A stretch of 51,168 nucleotides of DNA from a virus (Duplodnaviria > Caudoviricetes): IMG/VR virus record IMGVR_UViG_3300006999_000001, positions 1-51,168 of that record; one strand, written 5' to 3'. Below the pieces are notes generated by a model. That model did no database searches. It had not been told where the DNA came from and was given only the letters and a program-made list of their open reading frames with translations. Both the position numbers and the translations under genes were made by a program. Shown here piece after piece: positions 8,419-17,293 of the stretch; position 1 is the stretch's first letter; every line of letters begins with the position of its first letter.

Positions 8419-9957
8419 ATGAGTGCCGGTGGCTCAACCACCCGTCTCGCAGGTCAGTATGGAGTCGTAGGTCACCGAGCGGGCAGCTCATCCCCGCTCG
8501 GACAGGTGAAGGTGAAGGAGGACGGGACCCGCCGGCGGGAGTTGGTCGACGTCGAAACGTTGGATCAGGAGAGTCGGGAGGCCCTCGAGGCTGACGACTT
8601 CGTGATTTACGGCCGCGCCTCCGTGGAGATGTTTGACGAGGACGAGCCCTCGCAGATGCTCACGATGGAGGCCCTGGCCAAGGCGCTCCCTCAACTGTAC
8701 GAGGACGGGATTATCAGCCGCCGGCACAAGGATATCCCGGTCGGTGAGGTGATCCCCGAGCACGAGCTCGAGGAGCCTACCGACGTACAGGTGGGAGAAA
8801 ACACGCTCACCTTCGAAGCAGGAGATCGCCTCGAGACCCAGGTGGTCGAAGAGGGCGAGGCCCGGCCGGGCGACGGCGGGGGCTCCGCTTCCGAGGATGA
8901 GTTCTGGATTGTTGCCAAGCTGAAAAACGGCAGCGAGATAGCGAAGGAAACCCGACTGCGGGCCCTCGCCGGAGACCTGGACGGCTTCTCGGTCACCATC
9001 TACGCGAAAGAGTGGGAGGAGACCGAGCAGGGTCAGGTGGTCACGGAGCTGGACTGGCACGCCGTGACCATCGGCGAGGAACACAAAATCAAGAACAAGG
9101 AGTCTCGGTTCGGTGTGGCCGAGTTCAAGGCCCGGTTCGAGGACGCCCTGACGGGGGTCCTGCCGGGCAGCGGTGACGCCGGGGGAGCCAGCTCCCTGGC
9201 CGAGCAAGTACACCAGAAGGCTAACACAACAATGAGCGACCACTTCAACGGTCAGCTTTTCACGAAGGCCGGTTCCGACCTCGGCTTCGATGAGTCGCGG
9301 CTCGCAGCTGCCGCGGACCTGATGCAGAAGTCCGAGGGCTCGGACGACGAGGCCCTCCGTGAGAAGGCTGACGAGATCGCGGAACAGCACGAGGTCGACG
9401 TCGACTCCCTGGTGGCCACGGCGAAGGCTATGTTCGGGGCGGAGACGAAGGCCAACGAAGACATTTCAGCCATCCTCGAGCAGGTCGAGGAGCAAATCAA
9501 CCCCGAGGCCCGGGCGGCCCTCGAGATCGCAATGGGTGACGGAGCACCCGACGGCGATGAGGGCGGCTCGGAGGACGCCGAAGAGGCGGCCGAGGGTGAG
9601 ATGAAGGGCGAGGGCGAGGGGCCCCCGTCCGGCGACGGTGAGGAAGAGGAAGAAGAGGAAGAGGACGAGAAGGAGCTCCCCGAGGAGGCCGTCTCCAAGG
9701 AGGAGCTCGATCAGCGGCTCACCGAGCTCCAGGACTCCACGGTCAGCAAGGAGGACCTGGAGGACGTGAAGTCCGACCTCGAAGAGGCGTCGAAGTCCGC
9801 GATCAGCGAGGCCCTCCCGGGCATCGTTGAGGACGTCGGCGAAAAGATGGCCACCGGCGAGACCAGCTCCCCCGCCGGCGGTTCGACCGCGGATTCGGTC
9901 GACTACTCCGAGGACATCGCGGGAGCGTTCTCCCCGAACGGGGAGGGAGGTAACTAA
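8419..9957 (+). CDS. Prohead protease fused to an acidic scaffold domain
   Basis: HK97-type protease pattern IYGRAS..D, H..PVG, GDLDGFSV; acidic coiled C-terminus; directly before the capsid gene. Confidence 0.85.
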   Translation: MSAGGSTTRLAGQYGVVGHRAGSSSPLGQVKVKEDGTRRRELVDVETLDQESREALEADDFVIYGRASVEMFDEDEPSQMLTMEALAKALPQLYEDGIISRRHKDIPVGEVIPEHELEEPTDVQVGENTLTFEAGDRLETQVVEEGEARPGDGGGSASEDEFWIVAKLKNGSEIAKETRLRALAGDLDGFSVTIYAKEWEETEQGQVVTELDWHAVTIGEEHKIKNKESRFGVAEFKARFEDALTGVLPGSGDAGGASSLAEQVHQKANTTMSDHFNGQLFTKAGSDLGFDESRLAAAADLMQKSEGSDDEALREKADEIAEQHEVDVDSLVATAKAMFGAETKANEDISAILEQVEEQINPEARAALEIAMGDGAPDGDEGGSEDAEEAAEGEMKGEGEGPPSGDGEEEEEEEEDEKELPEEAVSKEELDQRLTELQDSTVSKEDLEDVKSDLEEASKSAISEALPGIVEDVGEKMATGETSSPAGGSTADSVDYSEDIAGAFSPNGEGGN

Positions 9958-9959
9958 CA

Positions 9960-11255
9960 ATGAGCATCGCAGAATCTGTCAGTACGGGCCTCGGGAAGTA
10001 CGCGCACGCGCAGAACCGTGTCGCGGACGGCTTCCACTGGGCCGACTCCCTGGCGGGGCTGTACGGCAAGTCCGACAGCCTCTTCCAGAAGGCATCGTTC
10101 ACGAGTTCCGACGCCGGGATCAACAACCAGGCCTTCGGTGAGGTGCTGTGGCAGCAGGCCAACACCAAGACCCCCCTGTGGGGGATGCTCCCGAAGGTCC
10201 CTTCGGACTCCCCGGTCAACTCGATCAGCGACCCGCGGCCGCAGACCTTCCGCCGGGTGTTCAACCCGCCGGCTCACTCCTCCAACTCGGAGGGCTCGGG
10301 CTGGTCGCCCCCGGTCACCTTCGACGTCCGGGAGACGAGCGCCGACCCCCACGAGGGCGAGATGCTCTTCGAGGCGACGGTCCTGCAGCAGCTCCAGGCC
10401 GAAATCCAGGACGGGGTTCCGTTCGAGAACCTCACCCAGATCGGCGAGGAGTACTTCCAGCTGTCCCTCGAGGCCAACGGGGTCGCGGCCGCCAACGAGA
10501 GTTCGACGGGTACGGGCACGCAGTACTCGAACCTGACGGACATCGTCCCGCTGGACAAGGTCGTCTCCTCGGCTGACGAGGAGGCCAACGCGGACGACAC
10601 CGCGGGGACCGCCTACGCCGCCGGCGACACCGACGTTTACGGTATCGACCGGTCGGCGACGGGCGACGGCGGGGCCAACGAGGCCAACCACTTCGACGCG
10701 GTGGTCGACCACAACTCGGCCGGGGGCGACCGCCAGCTGACGAAGGACCTCGTCAACGGGATGATCGAGTCCCTCGAGACGAACGGGACGGACCTCAACA
10801 ACCTCGTGATGTACACGGGGACGGACACGGCCCGGGTCCTCTCGGAGCTGCGGGAGTCGCAGTTCCGGGCGGATATGATGGCCAACGCGGTCGCGCAGTC
10901 TCTCGGTCGCGGGACCGACGAGGCGGAGGCCCGCCAGGGCGTTGAGACAAACGCCCGGATCAGTCACTGGGACGGCATCCCGGTCGTCCAGGGTCAGAAC
11001 GTAGCTTCGGACTCCCTGTCCCGAATCTACTTCCTGGATATGACCAGTATGACCGACCCGGTCACCGGTCAGCAGGTCCCCAAGCTCGGCGTCGAAGTGT
11101 ACCTCCCGATGGTCACGGAGACCGCCGGCCTCGGGCAGGCCACCAACACGCTCGCCATCGACAAGAAGGCCGATCAGGTCGGGGTGCTCACGTACCACGA
11201 ACTGGTCTGCCGTCGGGCGAACCACCAGGGCAAGCTCCGGGACCTCGCGGAGTGA
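9960..11255 (+). CDS. Major capsid protein (HK97 fold inferred)
   Basis: 431 aa, follows protease/scaffold; GIPVV motif and C-terminal GKLRDL. Confidence 0.85.
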   Translation: MSIAESVSTGLGKYAHAQNRVADGFHWADSLAGLYGKSDSLFQKASFTSSDAGINNQAFGEVLWQQANTKTPLWGMLPKVPSDSPVNSISDPRPQTFRRVFNPPAHSSNSEGSGWSPPVTFDVRETSADPHEGEMLFEATVLQQLQAEIQDGVPFENLTQIGEEYFQLSLEANGVAAANESSTGTGTQYSNLTDIVPLDKVVSSADEEANADDTAGTAYAAGDTDVYGIDRSATGDGGANEANHFDAVVDHNSAGGDRQLTKDLVNGMIESLETNGTDLNNLVMYTGTDTARVLSELRESQFRADMMANAVAQSLGRGTDEAEARQGVETNARISHWDGIPVVQGQNVASDSLSRIYFLDMTSMTDPVTGQQVPKLGVEVYLPMVTETAGLGQATNTLAIDKKADQVGVLTYHELVCRRANHQGKLRDLAE

Positions 11256-11348
11256 GGTGACCGGTGGCTTATCCTGATCCCGGAGATGCACGTACCGCCC
11301 GCGAACTACAAGCGGCCGGCCCCGTGAGGGGGCGGGTCTAACAGAAAA

Positions 11349-12026
11349 ATGACGATTGCACATACCGCTTCGAACCAAGAACTGGAGGACGAGGGCGAGG
11401 ACGAGCTCACGGTGGCTGCCCTTCGGTACACCGGCCCGCAGTCGGTGTACAACACGACGGCCCTGCGGAACCAGGGGTACTTCCCGAGCGTCGGGGTACT
11501 CCAGGGCGGCCCGAACGGTGAGCCCGGCCCGTGGGTGGTCGCGCTCATCCCGAGCAAGCGCCTCGGCTTCTACGAGACCCACCGGGACCTCGAGATCGAC
11601 TACTCGAAAGAGGCGGTCGCCGAGGCCCTGGTCGAAAAGAACACGCTGCCGAGCACGGTGTTCGGCCCGAACGAGGACCCGAACGTCCGGGACCGTATCC
11701 TGGACCTCCTCGAGATGGACACCATCCCCCGGACCAACGAGGGCATCCGTGAGCAGCTTGCGGAGATCGCCGGGGAGGAAGTCGACGCGGGTCAGGAGGC
11801 CGAGGAGGAGGGCTTCGACTTCGACCTCACCCGGTCGGAGCTGTGGTCTGTCTGCAAGCCCCTGGACCCCCCGTTCGACTGGAACGGGCTCAAGGTCACC
11901 GAGGCCGAGGAGTTCCTCCAGGAGCAGGACGACGACACGGTCCGCCGGCTGGTCAACCAGCTGAAGCAGGGCGAGGACCCGAGTCTCGAAGAGGACGACG
12001 ACGCCGATAACGGAGGTGACAACTAA
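11349..12026 (+). CDS. Hypothetical protein (head module)
   Basis: Acidic ORF in the structural operon. Confidence 0.7.
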   Translation: MTIAHTASNQELEDEGEDELTVAALRYTGPQSVYNTTALRNQGYFPSVGVLQGGPNGEPGPWVVALIPSKRLGFYETHRDLEIDYSKEAVAEALVEKNTLPSTVFGPNEDPNVRDRILDLLEMDTIPRTNEGIREQLAEIAGEEVDAGQEAEEEGFDFDLTRSELWSVCKPLDPPFDWNGLKVTEAEEFLQEQDDDTVRRLVNQLKQGEDPSLEEDDDADNGGDN

Positions 12027-12028
12027 CA

Positions 12029-12310
12029 ATGGCAGATGAGAACCTGGGGGCCCGGCAGGTGGAAGAGGTGACGCAGGACGTCACCAACCTCACCAACGCC
12101 GACAACGAGCCCCTTTCGACCTGGACTGACGACGCCGGCATCGATCAGGTGGACAACGCGCAGGTAGTGAGTCACGACGACAAGAGCTTCCTGACGAAGG
12201 TCGACCTGGCGAACGAGCAGGTGCTGGTCGTCGCGGTGGCCGACGGGTCTGTCCCCACCGCGGGGACGGACGTCGGCTCGATCACCCTCCGACTCGAAGG
12301 GCGGAGGTGA
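12029..12310 (+). CDS. Small virion protein (possible decoration protein)
   Basis: Beta-rich ORF with a CTAACAATG leader. Confidence 0.6.
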   Translation: MADENLGARQVEEVTQDVTNLTNADNEPLSTWTDDAGIDQVDNAQVVSHDDKSFLTKVDLANEQVLVVAVADGSVPTAGTDVGSITLRLEGRR

Positions 12311-12317
12311 CTGACTG

Positions 12318-12473
12318 ATGCCCTACGAGGTCCTGGACGCGAACGCAAACACCGGGGCGATGAGCACCGCGATCAGCGACTTCGCGGGAACCGTCTCGAG
12401 TGTCGACTCCGTGGAGGACGTCACCAAGCTCGGCCGAGACCGAGTAGCGATCACCGTACAGTACACTGCGTGA
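12318..12473 (+). CDS. 51-aa hypothetical protein (not in ORF track)
   Basis: GGAGGTGA SD; MPYEVLDANANTG...VQYTA; fills the gap between two genes. Confidence 0.65.
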   Translation: MPYEVLDANANTGAMSTAISDFAGTVSSVDSVEDVTKLGRDRVAITVQYTA

Positions 12474-12474
12474 T

Positions 12475-13398
12475 ATGGCTCGGACCATCTACGCACTGCC
12501 CGTCGACGTCCTCCGGAAGTTCGACCCCGGTCTGACCCAGGAGGACCTCGACTCGAATTCACTCTTCGGGAACGAGGACACCGAGCTCGTCCGGTCGTAC
12601 ATCGAAGCCGCCGAGCGGAAGTTCGACTCCCGTACCGGTCACCCGTTCCGGGAGACCCGCGAAGGGGTCAGCGGTGAGCCCCGCACCTACGAGAAGAAGG
12701 ACGCCGACTTCTGGCGCTACCAGGACGGGACGAAGATATGGCTGGATCACTACCCGGCCGTCCCTCTCTCCTCCGTGGAGGGTGACGCCCTCGAGATACG
12801 GACCGGCCGTGACACCTGGAAGGATATCACGGACGACGAGGGGACCCTGTACGAGGCCGACTGGATGGAGGGTACGATCACCATCTACGCGGCCCGGTAC
12901 AGGGGCTCCTGGAGGAACGCCTCCTTTCAGAACAACATCCGGATCAGCTACCGGCACGGGGCCTTCGGGGGTCACCCGGAGCAGGGCGGGCAGACCGAGC
13001 TCACGATTGACACCACCGGGGACGGGACCGACACCACCCTGGACGTTGAGGACGCCAGCCGGCTCCCCCCGCGGGGCATCGTGAACCTCGCCGGGAAGGA
13101 GTACGCCTTCGTGAAGAGCCGGGATGCTGACGCCGACACGATCACCGTCGACCGCGGGGTCAGGTACACCGACGCCTCGAGCTCCACGCTGGTCTCCGGG
13201 GATACCGTTCACTACTGCCCGGAGAACATCCGCGAAGCGGTCGCGGCCCGGGCGGCCCGGGAGCTCATCAAAGTCGACCACATCGGAGACAACCTCCCGA
13301 CCCCGGACGACGACCTCACCTTCTCGGACCTGATCGAGGACCTCGAGCGGGAGTGGTCAGAAGCCATCGCCGAGAACGCGGAGGCCACGCTCCTATGA
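12475..13398 (+). CDS. Head-tail adaptor with an inserted beta domain
   Basis: YIEAAERKFDSRTGHPF, LDHYP, ISYRHG and PENIREAVA are typical of gp6-like adaptors. Confidence 0.75.
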   Translation: MARTIYALPVDVLRKFDPGLTQEDLDSNSLFGNEDTELVRSYIEAAERKFDSRTGHPFRETREGVSGEPRTYEKKDADFWRYQDGTKIWLDHYPAVPLSSVEGDALEIRTGRDTWKDITDDEGTLYEADWMEGTITIYAARYRGSWRNASFQNNIRISYRHGAFGGHPEQGGQTELTIDTTGDGTDTTLDVEDASRLPPRGIVNLAGKEYAFVKSRDADADTITVDRGVRYTDASSSTLVSGDTVHYCPENIREAVAARAARELIKVDHIGDNLPTPDDDLTFSDLIEDLEREWSEAIAENAEATLL

Positions 13399-13925
13399 CA
13401 GTTGAGCTGGAGATGCAGGACTCGAAGATCGAGAGCATCTTCCCGGACCAGGACGTCCGGGTGCAGGTCGGTTTCACCACGGAGTACGCGGCCGCGGTGA
13501 ACTACGGGTCCGACCCTCACTGGCCGCCGATGAGCCCGATGGTCAGATGGACCAACAAACTCGGGTGGGAGAACTACGGCCTGAAAGCGAGCCAGTCCGA
13601 GGACGAGCTTTGGGCCGCGGTCGACCGTCGACGGACCGAGGGTGAGCCGCTTCCCGGGGCCTACTATCTCGCAGCTCACATCGCGGAGAACGGAACCAAG
13701 CCGATGCTGTACGCTTCCGACGCGTTCGTCCAGGCTCAACAGGAGGGCGAGTCCTGGGTGGAGGGTCGGAACTACGACGCCGAGACCCCCATCGTGGAGA
13801 TCGCTCAAGACTTCGGGAACTGGACACTTGAGCTCGCCAACGACAACCTGGTCCAGCGGGTCAGCTCCGCAGCGACCGGGAAGCTCCAACAGTCGGCGTT
13901 CCCGGCGGAGGTGCTGCAGAAGTGA
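13395..13925 (+). CDS. Neck/tail completion protein (HK97 gp10-like)
   Basis: VGFTTEYAAAVNYGSDPHWPP and IAENGTKP; ATG at 13395 overlaps the upstream stop. Confidence 0.7.
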   Translation: MTVELEMQDSKIESIFPDQDVRVQVGFTTEYAAAVNYGSDPHWPPMSPMVRWTNKLGWENYGLKASQSEDELWAAVDRRRTEGEPLPGAYYLAAHIAENGTKPMLYASDAFVQAQQEGESWVEGRNYDAETPIVEIAQDFGNWTLELANDNLVQRVSSAATGKLQQSAFPAEVLQK

Positions 13926-13950
13926 CCCGAGACTGCCGGACTCCGGCCGT

Positions 13951-14210
13951 GTCGTCCCCGATATCGGGCGAACGACAGGGGGGCCACAGTCGCGCACAGT
14001 CGCCTCGTGTGGCCGAGGAGGACCGGTCCGTAGCCTACCCCCTGGAGAAGTTTTCTCGGGATTCGGCCTCGTCGGGGTCTGTACCCCGTGAAAACAGCCG
14101 TCTCGGAGTTTTCGGGGGTTCGTTTCACCGGCTCCGTCGGGTGGTGGCAAGTCGGCTGCCCCCACGTCGGACGACGGGTGACCCCTTAAGGGTTGTCCTA
14201 CGTGTACAAC
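13951..14210 (-). other. 260-nt conserved non-coding element, copy 1 (ncRNA or DNA site), including repeat promoter P3
   Basis: Gap-free alignment with 40102-40361 (199/260 identical by hand count); minus-strand promoter core at about 14184-14212 with no SD/ATG leader. Confidence 0.8.
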
Positions 14211-14226
14211 CGCGGGGTGTTCGGCC

Positions 14227-14745
14227 GTGACCCGGCCGACCTACGACGTCCAGGAGCTCACCATCGAGGGGGCTGACGGGACCTCCGGCTTCGAGGGCGA
14301 GTGGTCGAATCACAACACCGGCCCGGACGGTGACCCGGTACAGCAACCGCGGTTCATCGATATGGAAGCGCCGGGGCCGAGCGAGTCTTCACGGGCCCTC
14401 CCGTCAGACAAGCGGACCACCCCGCTCGTGTACGTTCACGATGAGTCCCCCACCAACATCGAGTGGGGTGACGTGACTCACTCCTCGCAGGACTACGAGT
14501 TCGCGGTGAGGATGGAGATCGTGATCGCCGACGAGATGGACGGCCGCTCCGGGAAGAAGCAGCGGAACGCCGTGGTACACGTCCTCGAGAACATCCGGGA
14601 GGCTCACCGGGCTCCCGTCGACGGTGTGTTCGGCTCGGCGTTCGGCGAGCTCAACCTCGTGAACATCGACAACACGCCGACCCGCTTCTCGAACCAGTGG
14701 CGGGCGTACTACGACATCCAGTACGAGGCCTTCGGTGTTATCTGA
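14227..14745 (+). CDS. Probable tail terminator protein
   Basis: Size, composition and position before the tail tube gene. Confidence 0.6.
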   Translation: MTRPTYDVQELTIEGADGTSGFEGEWSNHNTGPDGDPVQQPRFIDMEAPGPSESSRALPSDKRTTPLVYVHDESPTNIEWGDVTHSSQDYEFAVRMEIVIADEMDGRSGKKQRNAVVHVLENIREAHRAPVDGVFGSAFGELNLVNIDNTPTRFSNQWRAYYDIQYEAFGVI

Positions 14746-14756
14746 CCCGGCTGGAC

Positions 14757-14771
14757 GGGTATGGGTACAAA
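14757..14771 (+). promoter_or_regulatory. GGGTATGGGTACAAA motif before the tail tube operon
   Basis: Exact 15-mer, 9 nt before the ATG at 14781. Confidence 0.75.
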
Positions 14772-14780
14772 GATAGAACT

Positions 14781-15038
14781 ATGCTCCGAGCACTCCGGGC
14801 CGGCCGACTCAACACGGCCCCCCAGGACGACGAGGGGGAAACCCCGTTCCCGGAACACCGCGGCTTCCGGGAGGAGCTCACCTACGACGAGGGTGAGGAG
14901 TTCGACATCCGAGAGAAAGTGACCGCCGACTTCGCGGGCCTCTCTCCGCAGCAGGCCGGGAAGGTAGCGAAGAAGGTGGAGGGCCTGCTCGCGGATCAGA
15001 ACCCGCACTTCGAGATCGCCGATCAGGAGGACGACTAA
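14781..15038 (+). CDS. Hypothetical protein
   Basis: ATG at 14781 follows the motif; acidic. Confidence 0.65.
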   Translation: MLRALRAGRLNTAPQDDEGETPFPEHRGFREELTYDEGEEFDIREKVTADFAGLSPQQAGKVAKKVEGLLADQNPHFEIADQEDD

Positions 15039-15041
15039 CCG

Positions 15042-16064
15042 ATGAGCATCAACATCCCACACCCGTACAAGTCCGAAAAGTCAGAAATAAAGCTCGCCAT
15101 CGAGGCCGCGCAGAAGGGCGAAGTCACCGTCGAACGATACCCGGGCTTCCTGCAAGGTGAGCAGGAGCTGCCCGACCCCGAGATCGACCTCACCGAGGAA
15201 CACTACGTCGGCGGAGGCCGCGACCCCTACGAGCAGACCGAGGGGCAGTGGGGCTTCGACGCCGGCTCCCTCACGATGGTCCCGTACGACGGCTGGCCCA
15301 TCGCCTGGGCTATGGGGGTCGACACCGTCGCGGCCGACACGCCGTCGGCCGGGCTGACGCAGCACACGATCACCCGGAAGCAGGACGGGCCCCCGCCGAC
15401 CGCGACGATGGAGGCCGCCTACCTCGGTCGGGGCGGCTCCCAGGACGACTTCGTGAGGACCTTCCTGGGCTGTTACCCGGGCTCGGCGAGCATCGAGGTC
15501 AGCAACGACGGGAAGCTCACCGTCTCGGCTGACGTCCAGGCCCTGGGGATCACCGACGACACGCCGCACTCCACGGTCACCTCGGTATCGCTGCCGGACC
15601 GCGAGCCCTGGAAGTTCGACAAGGTGAGCTCGAACCTGGACCTCAAGTTCGGCGGGGCGAGTAACCAGTTCGCTCGGGTGACCGACTTCACCTTCGAGAT
15701 CGCCAACAACCCGACCGCCGAGTACTATATGGAGAGCTCCGAGGCTCCCGAGCCGTACGAGATTCTGTACGGGAACGGCGGGTACACCTGGGACGTGACC
15801 ATCGCGGTCAGGGACAACTCCATCTACAACGAGCTGGTCAACTCCGGCGGGACCTTCACGGCGACGATGGAGTTTGCCAAGAACGGCGGGGACGAGACGC
15901 TCAAGTTCGAGGGCGTCGACTGCAAGCTCCCGAACGGGGCCCACCCGGTTCCCGAAGAGGGGAAGGTGGAGACGGAAATCTCGCTCAACCCCCGGCAGAC
16001 CACGATCACCGTGGTCGACGGGACCGAGACCGACTCGTACCTGACCGCGGGGACCGCGGTGTGA
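15042..16064 (+). CDS. Major tail tube protein
   Basis: 340 aa, beta-rich; FLGCYPGSASIEV and FTFEIANN; precedes the chaperone and tape measure genes. Confidence 0.8.
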   Translation: MSINIPHPYKSEKSEIKLAIEAAQKGEVTVERYPGFLQGEQELPDPEIDLTEEHYVGGGRDPYEQTEGQWGFDAGSLTMVPYDGWPIAWAMGVDTVAADTPSAGLTQHTITRKQDGPPPTATMEAAYLGRGGSQDDFVRTFLGCYPGSASIEVSNDGKLTVSADVQALGITDDTPHSTVTSVSLPDREPWKFDKVSSNLDLKFGGASNQFARVTDFTFEIANNPTAEYYMESSEAPEPYEILYGNGGYTWDVTIAVRDNSIYNELVNSGGTFTATMEFAKNGGDETLKFEGVDCKLPNGAHPVPEEGKVETEISLNPRQTTITVVDGTETDSYLTAGTAV

Positions 16065-16075
16065 GGTGACGCTCG

Positions 16076-16315
16076 GTGGGACCGAACCGCTACCAGTGCT
16101 GGTGGTACAGCGAGGTCCTCGGCTGGCGGTGTGACGCCTACCCGACGCCCGGGCAGGCCCAGGGCCGCCTCGAGGACGTCCAGACCCGCGAACACTTTAC
16201 AAGGGGCCTGGTCATAGATATGCAAGAGCACCTGACGGGTCAGGGAGCTATCCCTACTCGTGAGGAGTTCGAAAGACGCCACAAACGGTACACGGAGCAA
16301 CCTAACAATGTCTGA
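16076..16315 (+). CDS. Hypothetical protein
   Basis: GTG start after a GAGGTGA SD; atypical composition. Confidence 0.4.
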   Translation: MGPNRYQCWWYSEVLGWRCDAYPTPGQAQGRLEDVQTREHFTRGLVIDMQEHLTGQGAIPTREEFERRHKRYTEQPNNV

Positions 16316-16799
16316 CATAAGCCGCGGTGAGAAGCCCGAATGGTGGGACGAGCATCGAGACGGAAGCCGAGACGACGCGATGGTCTCCGACGAGACCGAG
16401 CGGGTGTACATCCGGGCCCCGAACCCGGAGGGTGAGGTCGTCCGGTTCTGGTTCGACGTGAAGCAGCTCACCTGGAAGGGCAAGAACAAGTACGTGAGCG
16501 AGGCGCTCAAGATCGGCGAGGACGCGACCGAGCTCCACATCGACTCGTACTACAAGAACTGCCTCGAGGCGATGATCCAGGATACCTCCGTCGACGGGGT
16601 CAGCGGGGACTCCGGTCTCTCCATCTTCCTGGCCGGGATGAGCCCGGAGCTCGGGACGAAGCTCCAGGAGGTGGCCCCGAACCCGGGTAAGGCCCTGACG
16701 GATCAGGAAGAAAAAAACTCCGACGAGCCCTTCGCGGAGGGAGTAGCGGAGGGCGATACGGGAACCCCGCCCGAGCCTACTATCAGCGACGAGCAATAG
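16308..16799 (+). CDS. Tail assembly chaperone (G-like)
   Basis: Between tail tube and tape measure; contains the slippery site A AAA AAC. Confidence 0.75.
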   Translation: MSDISRGEKPEWWDEHRDGSRDDAMVSDETERVYIRAPNPEGEVVRFWFDVKQLTWKGKNKYVSEALKIGEDATELHIDSYYKNCLEAMIQDTSVDGVSGDSGLSIFLAGMSPELGTKLQEVAPNPGKALTDQEEKNSDEPFAEGVAEGDTGTPPEPTISDEQ

Positions 16800-17221
16800 A
16801 GTACAAGCTCGTTGAGGAGTGGGACGGGATCACCCTCGAGGACCTGCGGGGCTCGTACACGAAGGAGGTCCGTCACCGGGAGCGGCTGACCCCGACCGCC
16901 GATCACCTCGGGGCGGCAGCCGCGGCCCTCTCCTTCCTGGCCGCCGGGGTGGCTCACGCCGGGGCCCTGCTGCTCGGGGGGATGTTCCTCGCCACCGCCC
17001 TCGGTCTGTGGTGGAAGGGTGAGGAGCTCGCCGACCGCCTGGACGTCGGGCCGGCCGTCGACGTGATCGAGCACGTCCAGCCGGGGCTCACCGATAAGGA
17101 GGTCGAAGAGTTCTCCGTCCTCCACCGGGAGTACCTGCAGATGAAAGACGAGAAGCGGGAAGAGATGCAGAAGGAGGCCCGTCAGAACAACGGCGGGGGC
17201 CGCCACCTCAACAAGCAGTAG
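16712..17221 (+). CDS. -1 frameshift extension (GT-like) of the tail chaperone
   Basis: Heptamer AAAAAAC at 16712-16718; the -1 frame is open to 17221 and includes ORF 16949-17221. Confidence 0.75.
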   Translation, partial: KKLRRALRGGSSGGRYGNPARAYYQRRAIEYKLVEEWDGITLEDLRGSYTKEVRHRERLTPTADHLGAAAAALSFLAAGVAHAGALLLGGMFLATALGLWWKGEELADRLDVGPAVDVIEHVQPGLTDKEVEEFSVLHREYLQMKDEKREEMQKEARQNNGGGRHLNKQ

Positions 17222-17254
17222 CCTCCCCTTTTCGAGGGCCCGAGTCGGCCGGCC

Positions 17255-17269
17255 GGGTATGGGTACAAA
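17255..17269 (+). promoter_or_regulatory. GGGTATGGGTACAAA motif before the tape measure gene
   Basis: Exact 15-mer. Confidence 0.75.
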
Positions 17270-17293
17270 TCTACCAGTAAGAGTGACCACCCT

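Noticed and set aside
11312-11340. GC hairpin (CCCC-GTGA-GGGG) after the capsid gene
   Set aside because: It is plausibly an ordinary terminator or stability hairpin and is too short to call with confidence.
13951-14210. IS110 bridge RNA, omega RNA or MITE identity for the twin element
   Set aside because: No recombinase, TnpB/IscB or transposase is in the genome, no terminal inverted repeats or target duplications are visible, and I could not match the variable patches to targets by eye.
13922-14230. Protein-coding reading of the twin element (ORFs 13922-14230 and 40151-40414, and minus-strand frames)
   Set aside because: Starts and stops are not shared between the copies, differences cluster in patches and are largely non-synonymous in the frames shown, and the composition is Arg-rich rather than acidic.
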